Source: a candidate division WOR-3 bacterium (GTDB lineage Bacteria; Hydrothermota; Hydrothermia; LBFQ01). From it: DNA of 43,673 nt. Position 1 is the first letter of the stretch; each line of letters opens with the position of its first letter. Below, one piece after another: positions 18,349 to 27,845 of the stretch. Both the position numbers and the translations under genes were made by a program. The notes under the pieces are model-generated. The model had not been told where the DNA came from, ran no database searches, and was given only the letters and a program-made list of their open reading frames with translations. The stretch is from positions 1 through 43,673 of the forward strand of contig JALUCS010000063.1 in NCBI GenBank assembly GCA_027050205.1, read 5' to 3'.

Positions 18349-18683
18349 ACCCCCACCACCACCCCTGCGGCGTGCGATACGGAGAGGAGAAACCGCGTCC
18401 CCTTCGCCAGTTCCTTGGCCCTACCGTAGAGGACGGCCCTCGGAGGCTCCGTCTTTCCGCCCAATATCTCAACATCCCTCCACCTGATACCACCGCTTAA
18501 ACCGGTACCCATAGCCTTGAGGATAGCCTCCTTGAGGGCGAACTTACCGGCCAGATTCTCCAGAGAGTACGCTCCATCCAGTTCCCTTTCCGTGAACAGC
18601 CTAAGTTTCAACCTCGGCGTCCTCGCCAACCTTTTGCCAAACTCATCAACGGAGAGGACGTCTATCCCTATCCCCTTTACCAA
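18321..18683 (-). CDS. acpS: Holo-ACP synthase
   Basis: GIGID, AGKFALKEAILKAMGTG, SVSH. Confidence 0.93.
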   Translation of the reverse strand: MVKGIGIDVLSVDEFGKRLARTPRLKLRLFTERELDGAYSLENLAGKFALKEAILKAMGTGLSGGIRWRDVEILGGKTEPPRAVLYGRAKELAKGTRFLLSVSHAAGVVVGVCVAISSDT

Positions 18684-19657
18684 ACAACCTTAAGGGCAAC
18701 TGCTATGAACAGGTTGAGGAGGGCAAGGGGCAACAGCACCTTCCAGGAGAAGTGCATGAGCTGATCGTACCTAAGGCGGGGGAGGGTCCAACGGATCCAC
18801 ACGAATAGGAAGAGGAAGAAGGCCACCTTGAGGAGCATCCAGTGGACACCGGGGAAGAGGTTCCAGCCCGGAAGGGGACCGTACCAACCGCCCATAAAGA
18901 GGACCGAGACGGCGGAGGAGGCTATGACCATATTGGCGTACTCACCGGCGAAGAACCAAGCGAAGCGGAGGGAGGAGAACTCGGTATGGTACCCACCCAC
19001 CAACTCCGACTCGGCCTCCGGTAGGTCAAAGGGGAGACGGTTGGTCTCGGCGTAGGTGGTTATCAGGAACACCATAAAACCGATGAACTGTGGAACGGCG
19101 AACCAGACGACCTTCTGGGCCTCTACGATATCAACGAGGGAGAGGGACCCGGCCCCTATGGCCGGGCCGAGGGCAGCGAGAACCATAGGTATCTCGTAGG
19201 ATATTATCTGCGACGTTGAGCGGAGACCTCCGAGGACGGAGTACTTACTACCGCTGGATAGACCTCCGAGTATCACGCCGTAGCCTGCTATGGAGGTGGC
19301 CGCAAGGAGCCAGAGGAGACCGAAGTCGGGATTGCTTATCCACAGACCCGGACCGTAAGGTAGGACGGACATGGCTATTATGGGGGCAGCGAAGAGGATG
19401 CCGGGGGCCAAGAAGTGGAGGAGCTTATCCACCCTATCCGGCGTAATCTCCTCCTTAAAGGCCAACTTCAATACGTCTGCTACGGGCTGAAGGAGTCCAA
19501 AGGGACCTACGACGTTGGGGCCTATACGGTCCTGCATCCAGGCGGCCACCCTCCTCTCAACCCACACCATATAGGCCGCCGTAGTCATAACACCGGCGAA
19601 GATCACCAGGGTTTTTATTGCCCACAGGAGATAAGGATTGGAGAGAACTTCGGCCAA
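18677..19657 (-). CDS. nuoH: NADH-quinone oxidoreductase subunit H
   Basis: ERRVAAWMQDRIGPNVVGPFGLLQPVAD, ETNRLPFDLPEAESELVGGY, RWTLPRLRYDQLM. Confidence 0.95.
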   Translation of the reverse strand: MAEVLSNPYLLWAIKTLVIFAGVMTTAAYMVWVERRVAAWMQDRIGPNVVGPFGLLQPVADVLKLAFKEEITPDRVDKLLHFLAPGILFAAPIIAMSVLPYGPGLWISNPDFGLLWLLAATSIAGYGVILGGLSSGSKYSVLGGLRSTSQIISYEIPMVLAALGPAIGAGSLSLVDIVEAQKVVWFAVPQFIGFMVFLITTYAETNRLPFDLPEAESELVGGYHTEFSSLRFAWFFAGEYANMVIASSAVSVLFMGGWYGPLPGWNLFPGVHWMLLKVAFFLFLFVWIRWTLPRLRYDQLMHFSWKVLLPLALLNLFIAVALKVVW

Positions 19658-19658
19658 G

Positions 19659-19732
19659 TGGGCGCGGGAGGACTCGAACCTCCGACCTCCGGTATGTGAG
19701 ACCGGCGCTCTAACCTGCTGAGCTACGCGCCC
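19659..19732 (-). tRNA. tRNA-Val(CAC), CCA not encoded
   Basis: GGGCGCG/CGCGCCC acceptor stem, anticodon arm CCGGT-CTCACAT-ACCGG, T-loop GTTCGAG. TATAAT at 19749-19744. Confidence 0.93.
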
Positions 19733-19799
19733 AGAAGGTGGATATTATAAAGGGGAGGTACGCAACGGGATACGTCCCATCCCTCGGAACCGTTTTGCT

Positions 19800-20483
19800 T
19801 CACCCCCTCCCTACGATCCTGCCGTCCCTCATCTTTACTACCCTCTTCGCCCTTTCTATGACGAGGGGGTCGTGGGTGGAGAGGACGAAGGTCGTACCTG
19901 AGTCGGAGTTTATGCGGAGCATGAGGTCCACGACGGCTACGGTGTTCTCGCTGTCAAGGTTGGCCGTAGGCTCGTCCGCAAGGACCACGGCCGGGTTCCC
20001 GACCACCGCCCTCGCTATGGCCACCCTCTGCTGCTGCCCCCCGCTCATCTCGGATGGGAACCTCCCGGCCAGGTTCTCTATGCCGAGGGCGGAGAAGACC
20101 TCCCGGACCCTCCTCTTACGCTCCTTCGCCGGTACCCCCCTGAGGAATAGGACAAACTCGGCGTTCTCCTCGGCCGTAAGCGTGGGTATCAGGTTGTGGG
20201 ACTGGAAGACGAAGCCCATGCTCTGGAGTCGGAGGTCGCTCAACTCCCCCTCCGGGAGGGTGTCTATCCTGCGTCCCATGAACCACACCTCACCGTCGTC
20301 CGGCCTCTCAATCCCTCCCATGACGTTGAGGAGGGTCGTCTTACCGCTACCAGACGGCCCCACGACGACCACGAACTCCCCCCTGCGTATCTCAAGGTCT
20401 ATGCCGTCTAAGGCCTTCACCTCCTCCTCCCCCGTGCGGAACACCTTCCGCACCCCTTTAAGAGTAAAAACCGGGCCTTTCAT
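19800..20483 (-). CDS. ABC transporter ATP-binding protein (LolD/MacB-like)
   Basis: GPSGSGKT, MSGGQQQRVAIARA, LADEPTANLD. Start MKGP overlaps the permease stop. Confidence 0.92.
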   Translation of the reverse strand: MKGPVFTLKGVRKVFRTGEEEVKALDGIDLEIRRGEFVVVVGPSGSGKTTLLNVMGGIERPDDGEVWFMGRRIDTLPEGELSDLRLQSMGFVFQSHNLIPTLTAEENAEFVLFLRGVPAKERKRRVREVFSALGIENLAGRFPSEMSGGQQQRVAIARAVVGNPAVVLADEPTANLDSENTVAVVDLMLRINSDSGTTFVLSTHDPLVIERAKRVVKMRDGRIVGRG

Positions 20484-21691
20484 TTTCTTAAAGCCTCCCC
20501 TACAGGAATGCCACTTACGTACCGGGCGGGGAAGTACGAGGCGAAGAGGGAGAGGAGTACGACGAAAAGGGAGTACCCCAGTGTCCCCTTCCACTCCCAG
20601 GTACTCCGTATTACCGGCTCCAGTACGACTCCCCCGTAGGTCATACCCTCCTGCGAGAGGAGGGAGTATATCGCCTTCAGGTCTATGCCACGGGTGGATA
20701 GGTAGAGGTTCGTAAGCAGGGCGAGGGAGAGACCGACAGCCGTGGCGAACGTCCCCAGAAGGAGACCTTCAAGGGCCACCATGAGGCTTATGTGTCGGGG
20801 TTTCATCCCCATCGTCCTCATCACCCCGAACTCCCTGGTGCGATCCATAACCGACATAAACAGGACGTTGGCCGTGCCTATAGATACGACGACGTAAAGG
20901 AAGAGCATCATCAGGACGAGGCCGGAGTAGTCCATGGCTATGGCGCTGACCAGCTCCTTCATCGCCTCCTTCCAAGTGTATGCCTTCAGGTTGGGCGGTA
21001 ATCTGCGGTTGATTTTCCTGGCGAACCTCTCCGGACTCTCCCCCTTTAGCATTATGGCCACCTCGTGCGCCCCGTCCCCGTATCCGAGACTCCTCCGCAC
21101 GTAGCCTATATTCCCGAAGATGCTGCAGCAGTCCACCTCCCTGATGGGGACGTCAAGGATACCATCCACCGTAAAGGGCAGAGCCTTCAGCTCCCCCTTT
21201 GCGTCCCTGACCGTTAAGGTTATACGGTCCCCCTTCCGGACGTGGAGCCTCTCCGCCAGGCCCCTCCCCAGTATCGCCCCATCCTCTCCGCTTGGCCTGT
21301 GTCCCTTCAGGAGGGGATGGTCTGCGGCCTCCTTCCTCATGTCAAGGGCTACGAGGTTGACAGGAAAGCCCATCAGGCCCACGTAGGCGAAGGCGGGCAG
21401 GTAGAGCCTCTCGTAGAAGGCCCTGACTTCGGGGGTGTGCAGGAGTTTCCTTAACGGGCCTACGCTGTAGAAACGGGACGGCCGGCGGGTTGAGAACCAG
21501 AGGGTGTCGTATATGGCCACGTCCCCGCTCCCCATCCGGGTGGCCTGTCTTATCATACTCCTGTAGTTTCCGAGGGCGAGGTTGTGGAAGACGACGCCGA
21601 CGTACACCGTCCCCCCTATGAGAAGGCTCTGTATCCCCGTCCGCAGGCGGTTCCTCCATACGTTCCTCCAGGCCAGTTTCAGCCACATCAT
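20480..21691 (-). CDS. ABC transporter permease (FtsX/LolE-like)
   Basis: LAWRNVWRNRLRT, MSVMDRTREFGVMRTMG; 4-TM architecture. Confidence 0.88.
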   Translation of the reverse strand: MMWLKLAWRNVWRNRLRTGIQSLLIGGTVYVGVVFHNLALGNYRSMIRQATRMGSGDVAIYDTLWFSTRRPSRFYSVGPLRKLLHTPEVRAFYERLYLPAFAYVGLMGFPVNLVALDMRKEAADHPLLKGHRPSGEDGAILGRGLAERLHVRKGDRITLTVRDAKGELKALPFTVDGILDVPIREVDCCSIFGNIGYVRRSLGYGDGAHEVAIMLKGESPERFARKINRRLPPNLKAYTWKEAMKELVSAIAMDYSGLVLMMLFLYVVVSIGTANVLFMSVMDRTREFGVMRTMGMKPRHISLMVALEGLLLGTFATAVGLSLALLTNLYLSTRGIDLKAIYSLLSQEGMTYGGVVLEPVIRSTWEWKGTLGYSLFVVLLSLFASYFPARYVSGIPVGEALRK

Positions 21692-22881
21692 ATCACCCTC
21701 TCCCTCAAGGTCCTGCTGACGTCAAGCCTGAAGACTCCAACGGCGATGGCGATCCCGAAGGCGAAGGCACCAAGGAGCATTAAGACGGAGGACAGGACGT
21801 AGTTTCCGGGGTTGAGGGCGGCGGACACGACCGGTGAGATGTATAACCCTTCCCATCGCACGTTGGTGATGACGGAGGAGAGGTCTATGGGGTGCCGGTT
21901 GAGGAGATAGGCTACAAGTAAGGAGAGGGGAACGGAGAGGGCTATGGACACAAAGGTAAGAAGCATAACCTCGTATATGAGCATCCTGAAGAGCCGCCAC
22001 CTGCCGATGCCGATGGCGAGGAGGGCGGCGAACTCCCTCTTCCTCTCGTAGTATGCCATAGCGAAGGTGTTGAAGACTATGAGGAGGACGGCGGGGTAAA
22101 AGAAGGCGGCCATTATCACCTTGAAGACCCACCAGAGGCGAACGATCTCCCATATCCCCCTCATATCCTCCTGCCAGACGACCACCTCGTACCCTTTGGG
22201 TACCTTCAGACTTTCCTTCCACTTCAGGGCGAGGAAGGGGTGCTTGAGTCTCAAGACGTACTCGTGATAACCTTCACGTATGCCAGTCATCCTGCGGACG
22301 TCTTCTATCTCCCCTAAGGCCAGATAGGCGTCCTGGCCTGGGTTTCCCGTCTCCAGTATCCCCTTAACGGGGAAGGCCTCCATCTCCCACCCAAGGCCTC
22401 CCATCTTAACCACCCTTACGGTGTCTCCGACACCCACACCGAGGAGGTTGGCCAGCCCCCTGCCGAGGGCGACGGTGCCGAACTCCCCCTCCTTTACGGT
22501 GGAGAGAAGGGAGGAGACCCTACGCTCCGCCTCCGGGTCTATCCCGAGGACCTGCGCTCCCCCGTCCCCCTCCTTTCCCGAGAGGAGTACGAAGGCCCTC
22601 ACCCTCGGTGCATACGAGACGACTTCGGGGTCTTTCCGGATGCTGACAGGCAGTGAGTCCAGAGTTAGAGTCGGGGAGTAGTCCTTCAGGTACCCCCTCC
22701 TTACCACCCTCGCGTGGCCCCGCACCGTTCCAAGGCTCTCCTCCACGGATCTCACCAAGAGGTAGTCGTACATCTCAAGGGTCAGTATGAGGAAGAGGAC
22801 GCCAAGGAGAATGGCGAGGGCGCTCAAGAGGGTCCGACGACGGTTCCGCCTGAGGTTCCTCCAAGCGAGGAGGAGGAGCAT
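21688..22881 (-). CDS. ABC transporter permease (FtsX/LolE-like)
   Basis: LAWRNLRRNRRRT, ERKREFAALLAIG. Confidence 0.88.
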   Translation of the reverse strand: MLLLLAWRNLRRNRRRTLLSALAILLGVLFLILTLEMYDYLLVRSVEESLGTVRGHARVVRRGYLKDYSPTLTLDSLPVSIRKDPEVVSYAPRVRAFVLLSGKEGDGGAQVLGIDPEAERRVSSLLSTVKEGEFGTVALGRGLANLLGVGVGDTVRVVKMGGLGWEMEAFPVKGILETGNPGQDAYLALGEIEDVRRMTGIREGYHEYVLRLKHPFLALKWKESLKVPKGYEVVVWQEDMRGIWEIVRLWWVFKVIMAAFFYPAVLLIVFNTFAMAYYERKREFAALLAIGIGRWRLFRMLIYEVMLLTFVSIALSVPLSLLVAYLLNRHPIDLSSVITNVRWEGLYISPVVSAALNPGNYVLSSVLMLLGAFAFGIAIAVGVFRLDVSRTLRERVI

Positions 22882-22929
22882 ACACCCCTATTCTACGGGA
22901 GACTTTTCCCGTCCCTATAATAAACTGCT

Positions 22930-23244
22930 ATGATAAAGGGCGTTGAGATGCGGGTCGGTAGGGTAATTGAGGCGAGGCCACACCCAAAAGCCCGTAAGCC
23001 GGCCTACATCCTGAAGATAGACTTCGGAGAGTACGGGGTTAAGACCTCCTCCGCCCAGATAACGGACCTCTACACCCCGGAGGAGCTGGTAGGACGGACG
23101 GTAGTGTGCGTTACGAACTTACCGCCCAAGAACGTAGCAGGGGTCGTATCCGAGGTCCTCGTGCTTGGGGTCCCGGACGAGGAGGGTAGGGTGGTACTCC
23201 TAAGGCCCGACCACGACGTCCCTCTTGGGGCCGAAGTTTTCTGA
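22930..23244 (+). CDS. csaA: CsaA/tRNA-binding OB-fold protein
   Basis: RVGRVI, ARKPAY, IDFG, SSAQIT, NLPPK, SEVLVLG. Confidence 0.88.
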   Translation: MIKGVEMRVGRVIEARPHPKARKPAYILKIDFGEYGVKTSSAQITDLYTPEELVGRTVVCVTNLPPKNVAGVVSEVLVLGVPDEEGRVVLLRPDHDVPLGAEVF

Positions 23245-23984
23245 AGTGGTCGTAAATCTCACAGAATAACGGGGGTTCGCACCGCTCAATTTCCAAATGG
23301 ACCCGTTTTTAGCCGGAACGTTAATCCTTAGGGAGTCGTGGAATTCCCGCGGCCCTCACATAATCTTCAAAAATTCGCGGGATAATAACCCGCCGTTTTC
23401 GGCATCGGGCGTGCTGTTAAGCCTGTTTCCGAGGAGGCGTTGGATTTGGGGTCTCACTTCCGGTTGAAAGGGCGTTGTGTCGGGTTATGGATAAAACGTC
23501 ATCTTACCGGTGTAATATCTGGAGGGCCGGCATTAAGCCGGTAGAGGGATCCATACCCGTTGTGGAGTTCCATTCACCGTTTGACGGGAGACGGATGCAC
23601 TTTCAAAATCTGAAACTCATCCTTTAAGAAACATAAAGAGACGTTTTCATAAACTGAAAGTCTATCTTTAAAATTCCACTTCGTATGTTTGACAAGGCTG
23701 CGGAACAATCCTCACCCTATTGGCGTGATGCCAAATTTTGGTAAAATGCTGTGCATTACGGATAAAGTCCCCACGAAGTCGCCGATGCGAATTCCCGTAT
23801 CAGTGACATACCTTGTCGCCCGTTCAAATTTACCACGGAGGGTGCGAACGGTTGCGACGTTGGGGACTAACTCTCCTCCAGCGTAATCCCCAATTTCGGC
23901 AAGCACTGTTACCCCTCCGATGCTAACCCGCCGGGGTTGAGCGCTACAAGGGTTAAAAATCAAAGTTATAATACACCCCGACGT

Positions 23985-25157
23985 ATGATCCGTAGAATTC
24001 TGGGGGACGACCCCCTCCTCCTCTCCGTGGTCGATGAGTACTTCACAGGCGACCCCTACAGGGCTACGGAGAAGGCCGAGAGGATATTCTTAGATCGGCA
24101 GGACAGGTACTCCCTCATGCTCCTGAAGATGACCAAGCCCTTCAACTTCTTTCCCTCCCCTAAGGAGGCCCGGAGGCTGATTGAGGCCTCGGTACTTTTG
24201 GGCGTCGACCCATCCCGTGGGGCGCTTACGGTGGCTGCCCAATCGGACGAGAGGGCGCTATCATCCGAACCGGGGGTGGATGATCTTCTGGAGGACATCA
24301 GGGTGTTCCTTGGGCGCTACGAACCCCAAGATATTTTGGACGAGATAACCCTTTACACGGCCTTAAATCAGGCTTATGCCCGTGGCCTCCTCCCACCACC
24401 GGGGGAGTACAGGAACGCCCACGACCACGTGAAACTTTACCATAGGATGCTCCTACTCATGTACCGCATAGGGGTGGGACTTTTAGAGGAAGCAGCAGAG
24501 CTGGAGAAGGCCATAAAGGCCTTTGAGAGGGTGGGGGTCTACTTTGACGTCCTCCCTATTACGGTCTATTCCCTCGCCACCGGGGACGACTCCTACCTCT
24601 ACAGGGCGAGGATGTTCTACTCCCTCCTCGGAAACCGGGCGCTGAAGGCCCTTCTTGAGGGTGTTATATCCTTCCTGAAGGGGGAGGATTTTGAGACCTA
24701 CGGCTCCCCCGTCCTTGAGCAGCTCAAGGACCCCGCAGAGGTGCATTATCCTGTCCTATCCCTTCCCATCCGCTTCGCCCGTGCTATGATGGAGGGGAAG
24801 TTCTTCGTCTCCTTTGCCGGCGATGGGGGGATATATCGCAACTGGAAGAGGGTGAGGATACCGAGATACGAATCGTCCTTCAAGGTGCTGGCGTACTTCA
24901 AGGTGGGGTCCCACTTCTTCGGGGACGGCAGGAGGTTCGCCCTTGAGAACGCCCCTATCCTGTTTCCCAAGAGTCCCAACCCGAAAAAGACCACGTACGA
25001 CTACCTCTCCCGCTTGGGCCACCTACTTTACGCCCCTTCGGACCTCCTCCACTCCGTCAGGTACGGGACCTTCCTGTCCAAGAGGTACGAGGCGTGGGCC
25101 GGGAGGTTGAGGGAGGTCGTGAAATTCAGAGGGACGGCTAACCGCCCCGGTGTTTGA
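23985..25157 (+). CDS. Hypothetical helical protein with possible C-terminal winged-HTH; paralogue of 41617-42768
   Basis: ATG 23985 lies downstream of TATAAT 23967. Shares RYGTFLS...WA and F.KS..P with the 41617 ORF. Confidence 0.6.
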   Translation: MIRRILGDDPLLLSVVDEYFTGDPYRATEKAERIFLDRQDRYSLMLLKMTKPFNFFPSPKEARRLIEASVLLGVDPSRGALTVAAQSDERALSSEPGVDDLLEDIRVFLGRYEPQDILDEITLYTALNQAYARGLLPPPGEYRNAHDHVKLYHRMLLLMYRIGVGLLEEAAELEKAIKAFERVGVYFDVLPITVYSLATGDDSYLYRARMFYSLLGNRALKALLEGVISFLKGEDFETYGSPVLEQLKDPAEVHYPVLSLPIRFARAMMEGKFFVSFAGDGGIYRNWKRVRIPRYESSFKVLAYFKVGSHFFGDGRRFALENAPILFPKSPNPKKTTYDYLSRLGHLLYAPSDLLHSVRYGTFLSKRYEAWAGRLREVVKFRGTANRPGV

Positions 25158-25383
25158 GACCCTCTATCTGCTCGCGAAGTATGACGAGGAGTGCGGGGAT
25201 CTGCTCCAGTACGAGTTCCTCGTCCATCCCGGCGTCCAGTTCGCCAAGGAGGGAGTCTATGACGTCCCTGGACAGCTCCAGGAGGCCCCTGTAGAAGTCC
25301 GTAATAGGTATCTCCCCTCCCCTCCGCCGGGCCATAAGGGTGTTCAGGGCTACCTCAAGTTCGGAAGCTCTCATTACGGCCAT
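25138..25383 (-). CDS. Small helical protein, partner of the roadblock genes (copy 1)
   Basis: Paralogue of 27150-27395 (DFYR.LL, SLLGELDAGMDEE, EQIP, LREQI.GLK). Confidence 0.75.
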   Translation of the reverse strand: MAVMRASELEVALNTLMARRRGGEIPITDFYRGLLELSRDVIDSLLGELDAGMDEELVLEQIPALLVILREQIEGLKHRGG

Positions 25384-25393
25384 AATCTAACCC

Positions 25394-25801
25394 TCACCAG
25401 TTCAGGTCGTCTTCAGTAAGCGCCTTTAGGTCCTTGAGCATCTTACGGGCGTTTATGAGGACCATTCCGATGGAGGTTCCGGGTAGGGTCCTCACTCCCA
25501 ACACCAGTTCCCCAAGGGGGAAGACGTAGATACTACCGTTCCCGAAGTGCAGGTTTATCTCCAGGGGGCGGCCCATATCCGCGGCCCTACCCATCTTCTT
25601 GGCGAAGGCGAAGACCGACGAGATAAAGGCGGCGGCCACCTCCGCATCCAACGGACCTTTGGTGAAGTACGCGTAGGGGAAACCTTCGGGCGTGGCCAGT
25701 ATCACACCAACGACCCCATCGGTACCGGTGGCGAATCTCCTGATCCTCTCCTCCACATCCCGCAGTGCCGTCGTACCCTCGTTCCATTCGTTCAGGTCCA
25801 T
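25394..25801 (-). CDS. Roadblock/LC7 (MglB-like) protein, subtype B
   Basis: GVVGVILATPEG, AAAFISS, LGVRT, GMVLINARK. Confidence 0.8.
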   Translation of the reverse strand: MDLNEWNEGTTALRDVEERIRRFATGTDGVVGVILATPEGFPYAYFTKGPLDAEVAAAFISSVFAFAKKMGRAADMGRPLEINLHFGNGSIYVFPLGELVLGVRTLPGTSIGMVLINARKMLKDLKALTEDDLNW

Positions 25802-26172
25802 AGTATCTCCTCCCCTATGCTCTTCAGCTCCTCCAACATCTTACGGGTATTGACGAGGACCATGCCCGTCATAACGCCAGGGAGGGCCTCAACGCCTATC
25901 ACCAGTTCGCCGACGGGGAAGATGTGGAGGCTACCCTCTTCAAGGTGTATGCTCATCTCCTTGGGGAAGTTCAACTTGGCTGCCTTCCCTATCCTCTTGA
26001 CGAGGGAAAACATAGAGGCCACTAAGGCGGAGATGGTATCCGGGTCAAAGGCCCTGTCGGAGTAGTACGAGTAGGTGAGACCTTCGGGAATGGCCAGCAC
26101 CACCCCCACCACCCCCTCCGTTTCAGAGACGAACTCCTTGAGTCTCTCCTCTATGTCTCGGAGACTCCTCAT
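25792..26172 (-). CDS. Roadblock/LC7 protein, subtype A
   Basis: GVVGVVLAIPEGLTYSYYSDRAFDPD. ATG 26172 lies 9 nt after TACAAT. Confidence 0.8.
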   Translation of the reverse strand: MRSLRDIEERLKEFVSETEGVVGVVLAIPEGLTYSYYSDRAFDPDTISALVASMFSLVKRIGKAAKLNFPKEMSIHLEEGSLHIFPVGELVIGVEALPGVMTGMVLVNTRKMLEELKSIGEEILWT

Positions 26173-26229
26173 AGTACCTATATTGTAAAGGAGGTGGTGG
26201 CCATCTGTCAAGTGGGATGCAACCTTTCG

Positions 26230-26610
26230 CTACAGCTCTAAGGAGTCTCCGACGATCACCTTCAGGTCCTTGAGCATCTTACGGGCGCTTACGAGGACTA
26301 ATCCTATCTTAGTACCTGGTAGCGTCCTGATCCCCAAGATGAGGTTCCCTACAGGGAAGATGTAGATGCTCCCCTTCCTAAAGTGTATGTTTATCCCCTT
26401 GGGTGGCCCTAGGTTGGAGACCTCACCCACCTTCTGGGCGTAGGAGAATATGGTTGAGGCGAAAGCGGCGGCCGTATCCGGTTCAACGGGAGCCTTGGAG
26501 AAAAAGGCGTAAGTGAGGCCCTCTCGCGTGGCCAGGACGGTCCCCACGACGCCCTTCGTCTCGTAGACGAACCGCTTGAGTCTCTCCTCTATCTTATGCA
26601 AAGTATCCAT
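26230..26610 (-). CDS. Roadblock/LC7 protein, subtype B
   Basis: GVVGTVLATREGL, AAAFAST, GIRTLPG. Confidence 0.8.
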   Translation of the reverse strand: MDTLHKIEERLKRFVYETKGVVGTVLATREGLTYAFFSKAPVEPDTAAAFASTIFSYAQKVGEVSNLGPPKGINIHFRKGSIYIFPVGNLILGIRTLPGTKIGLVLVSARKMLKDLKVIVGDSLEL

Positions 26611-26633
26611 TGTCTCCCTCCGTGCGATGTAGC

Positions 26634-27008
26634 CTAAAAGAGGTCATCGGCCATTACCTTTAGGTCCCTTAGCAGCCTGCGGGTATTGACCAAGACCATA
26701 CCCGTCATAGCACCGGGAAGGGCTTCCACACCGAGGAGCAGATCTTTAATGGGGAAGATATGTAGGTTTCCTTCCGCGAGGTGTATGTTTATCTCAAGAG
26801 GCTCGTCCAGTTCGCCTACCTCACTTATCTGCCTGATGAGGGAGAACATAAAGGATATGGTTGCGGATATCGTATCCGGATCAAAGGCCCTATCCGAATA
26901 GTACGAGTAGGTTAGCCCGTCGGAGGTAGCGAGTACCACTCCCACCACCCCTTCCGTTTCATGGACGAAGCGTTTGAGCCGCTCTTCCACATCGTCAAAT
27001 GTGGCCAT
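26634..27008 (-). CDS. Roadblock/LC7 protein, subtype A
   Basis: GVVGVVLATSDGLTYSYYSDRAFDPD. TATAAT lies 8 nt upstream. Confidence 0.8.
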   Translation of the reverse strand: MATFDDVEERLKRFVHETEGVVGVVLATSDGLTYSYYSDRAFDPDTISATISFMFSLIRQISEVGELDEPLEINIHLAEGNLHIFPIKDLLLGVEALPGAMTGMVLVNTRRLLRDLKVMADDLF

Positions 27009-27122
27009 AAATCGTTATTATACGGATGAAGGGAGCGGATTGTCATACTGCGTGCATTTCTGGAATACCGGAGGCATCAGCTTTGTTTGTGAATCGCCAT
27101 TCCCATTTACCAAGGAACGTTG

Positions 27123-27144
27123 GGGGCGGGCTTAAGCCCGCCCC
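27123..27144. terminator. GC-rich hairpin after the 27150 gene (terminator or RNA stabiliser)
   Basis: Perfect palindrome GGGGCGGGCTTAAGCCCGCCCC; no clear U-tract. Confidence 0.55.
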
Positions 27145-27149
27145 ATCCT

Positions 27150-27395
27150 TTACCTTCCGCGGCTCTTGAGACCACCTATCTGCTCCCGGAGGATGGTTAG
27201 GATGAGAGGTATCTGCTCCTTGATAGACTCCTCGTCCATCCCGGCGTCCAGCTCACCGAGGAGAGAGTCCGACACGTCCTTGAGGAGGGCCAACAGCTCC
27301 CTGTAGAAATCCTTCGTGGACAGCTCGCCCCTGGTGCGTCTCTCTATCAAATCCTTCAGGGTCCCTTCCATATCTACAGCCTTCCTCTCGGCCAT
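27150..27395 (-). CDS. Small helical protein, partner of the roadblock genes (copy 2)
   Basis: Paralogue of 25138-25383. Confidence 0.75.
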   Translation of the reverse strand: MAERKAVDMEGTLKDLIERRTRGELSTKDFYRELLALLKDVSDSLLGELDAGMDEESIKEQIPLILTILREQIGGLKSRGR

Positions 27396-27405
27396 GGCTT
27401 TCGGT

Positions 27406-27783
27406 TCACTTCAGTACTTCCTCTGTTAAACTGCCCAGTTCCTTGAGCATCTTACGGGCGTTCATAAGTACCATTCCGGTCATTACGCCGGGTAGTGTCT
27501 CCACTCCGAGTATGAGGTCTCCAAGCGGGAAAATGTAGAGGCTACCCTCCTCAAGGTGGACGCTGATCTCCTTGGGATCGCCCATATCGGCGGACCTACC
27601 GGACTTCCTGGCGAGGACGTACATAGACGCTATGATCGCCGACACCATATCGGGGTCGAATGCACGGTCGGAGTAGTACGCGTAGGTCAGACCGTCGGGG
27701 GTACTTATAACCACCCCCATCACCCCTTCGGTGTCTGCTACAAACTGCCTTAGCCTTTCCTCTATCTCACGTATAGCCGCCAT
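27406..27783 (-). CDS. Roadblock/LC7 protein, subtype A
   Basis: GVMGVVISTPDGLTYAYYSDRAFDPD. TATAAT lies 9 nt upstream. Confidence 0.8.
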   Translation of the reverse strand: MAAIREIEERLRQFVADTEGVMGVVISTPDGLTYAYYSDRAFDPDMVSAIIASMYVLARKSGRSADMGDPKEISVHLEEGSLYIFPLGDLILGVETLPGVMTGMVLMNARKMLKELGSLTEEVLK

Positions 27784-27845
27784 GAGCCATCTATTATACT
27801 GCCGAACTTGGTAGTTGTGCGGGAAAATAAAAACGCCTTTCTCTC

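Noticed and set aside
19659..19732. tRNA as an integration site for an island
   Set aside because: I saw no duplicated tRNA 3' end and no integrase in the window.
19738..20715. 325-aa + strand ORF
   Set aside because: Antisense shadow of the ABC ATPase and permease.
25138..27783. Roadblock repeats as a diversity-generating retroelement or shufflon
   Set aside because: No reverse transcriptase or recombinase, no inverted cassettes, and differences are not adenine-specific. Ordinary tandem duplication explains them.
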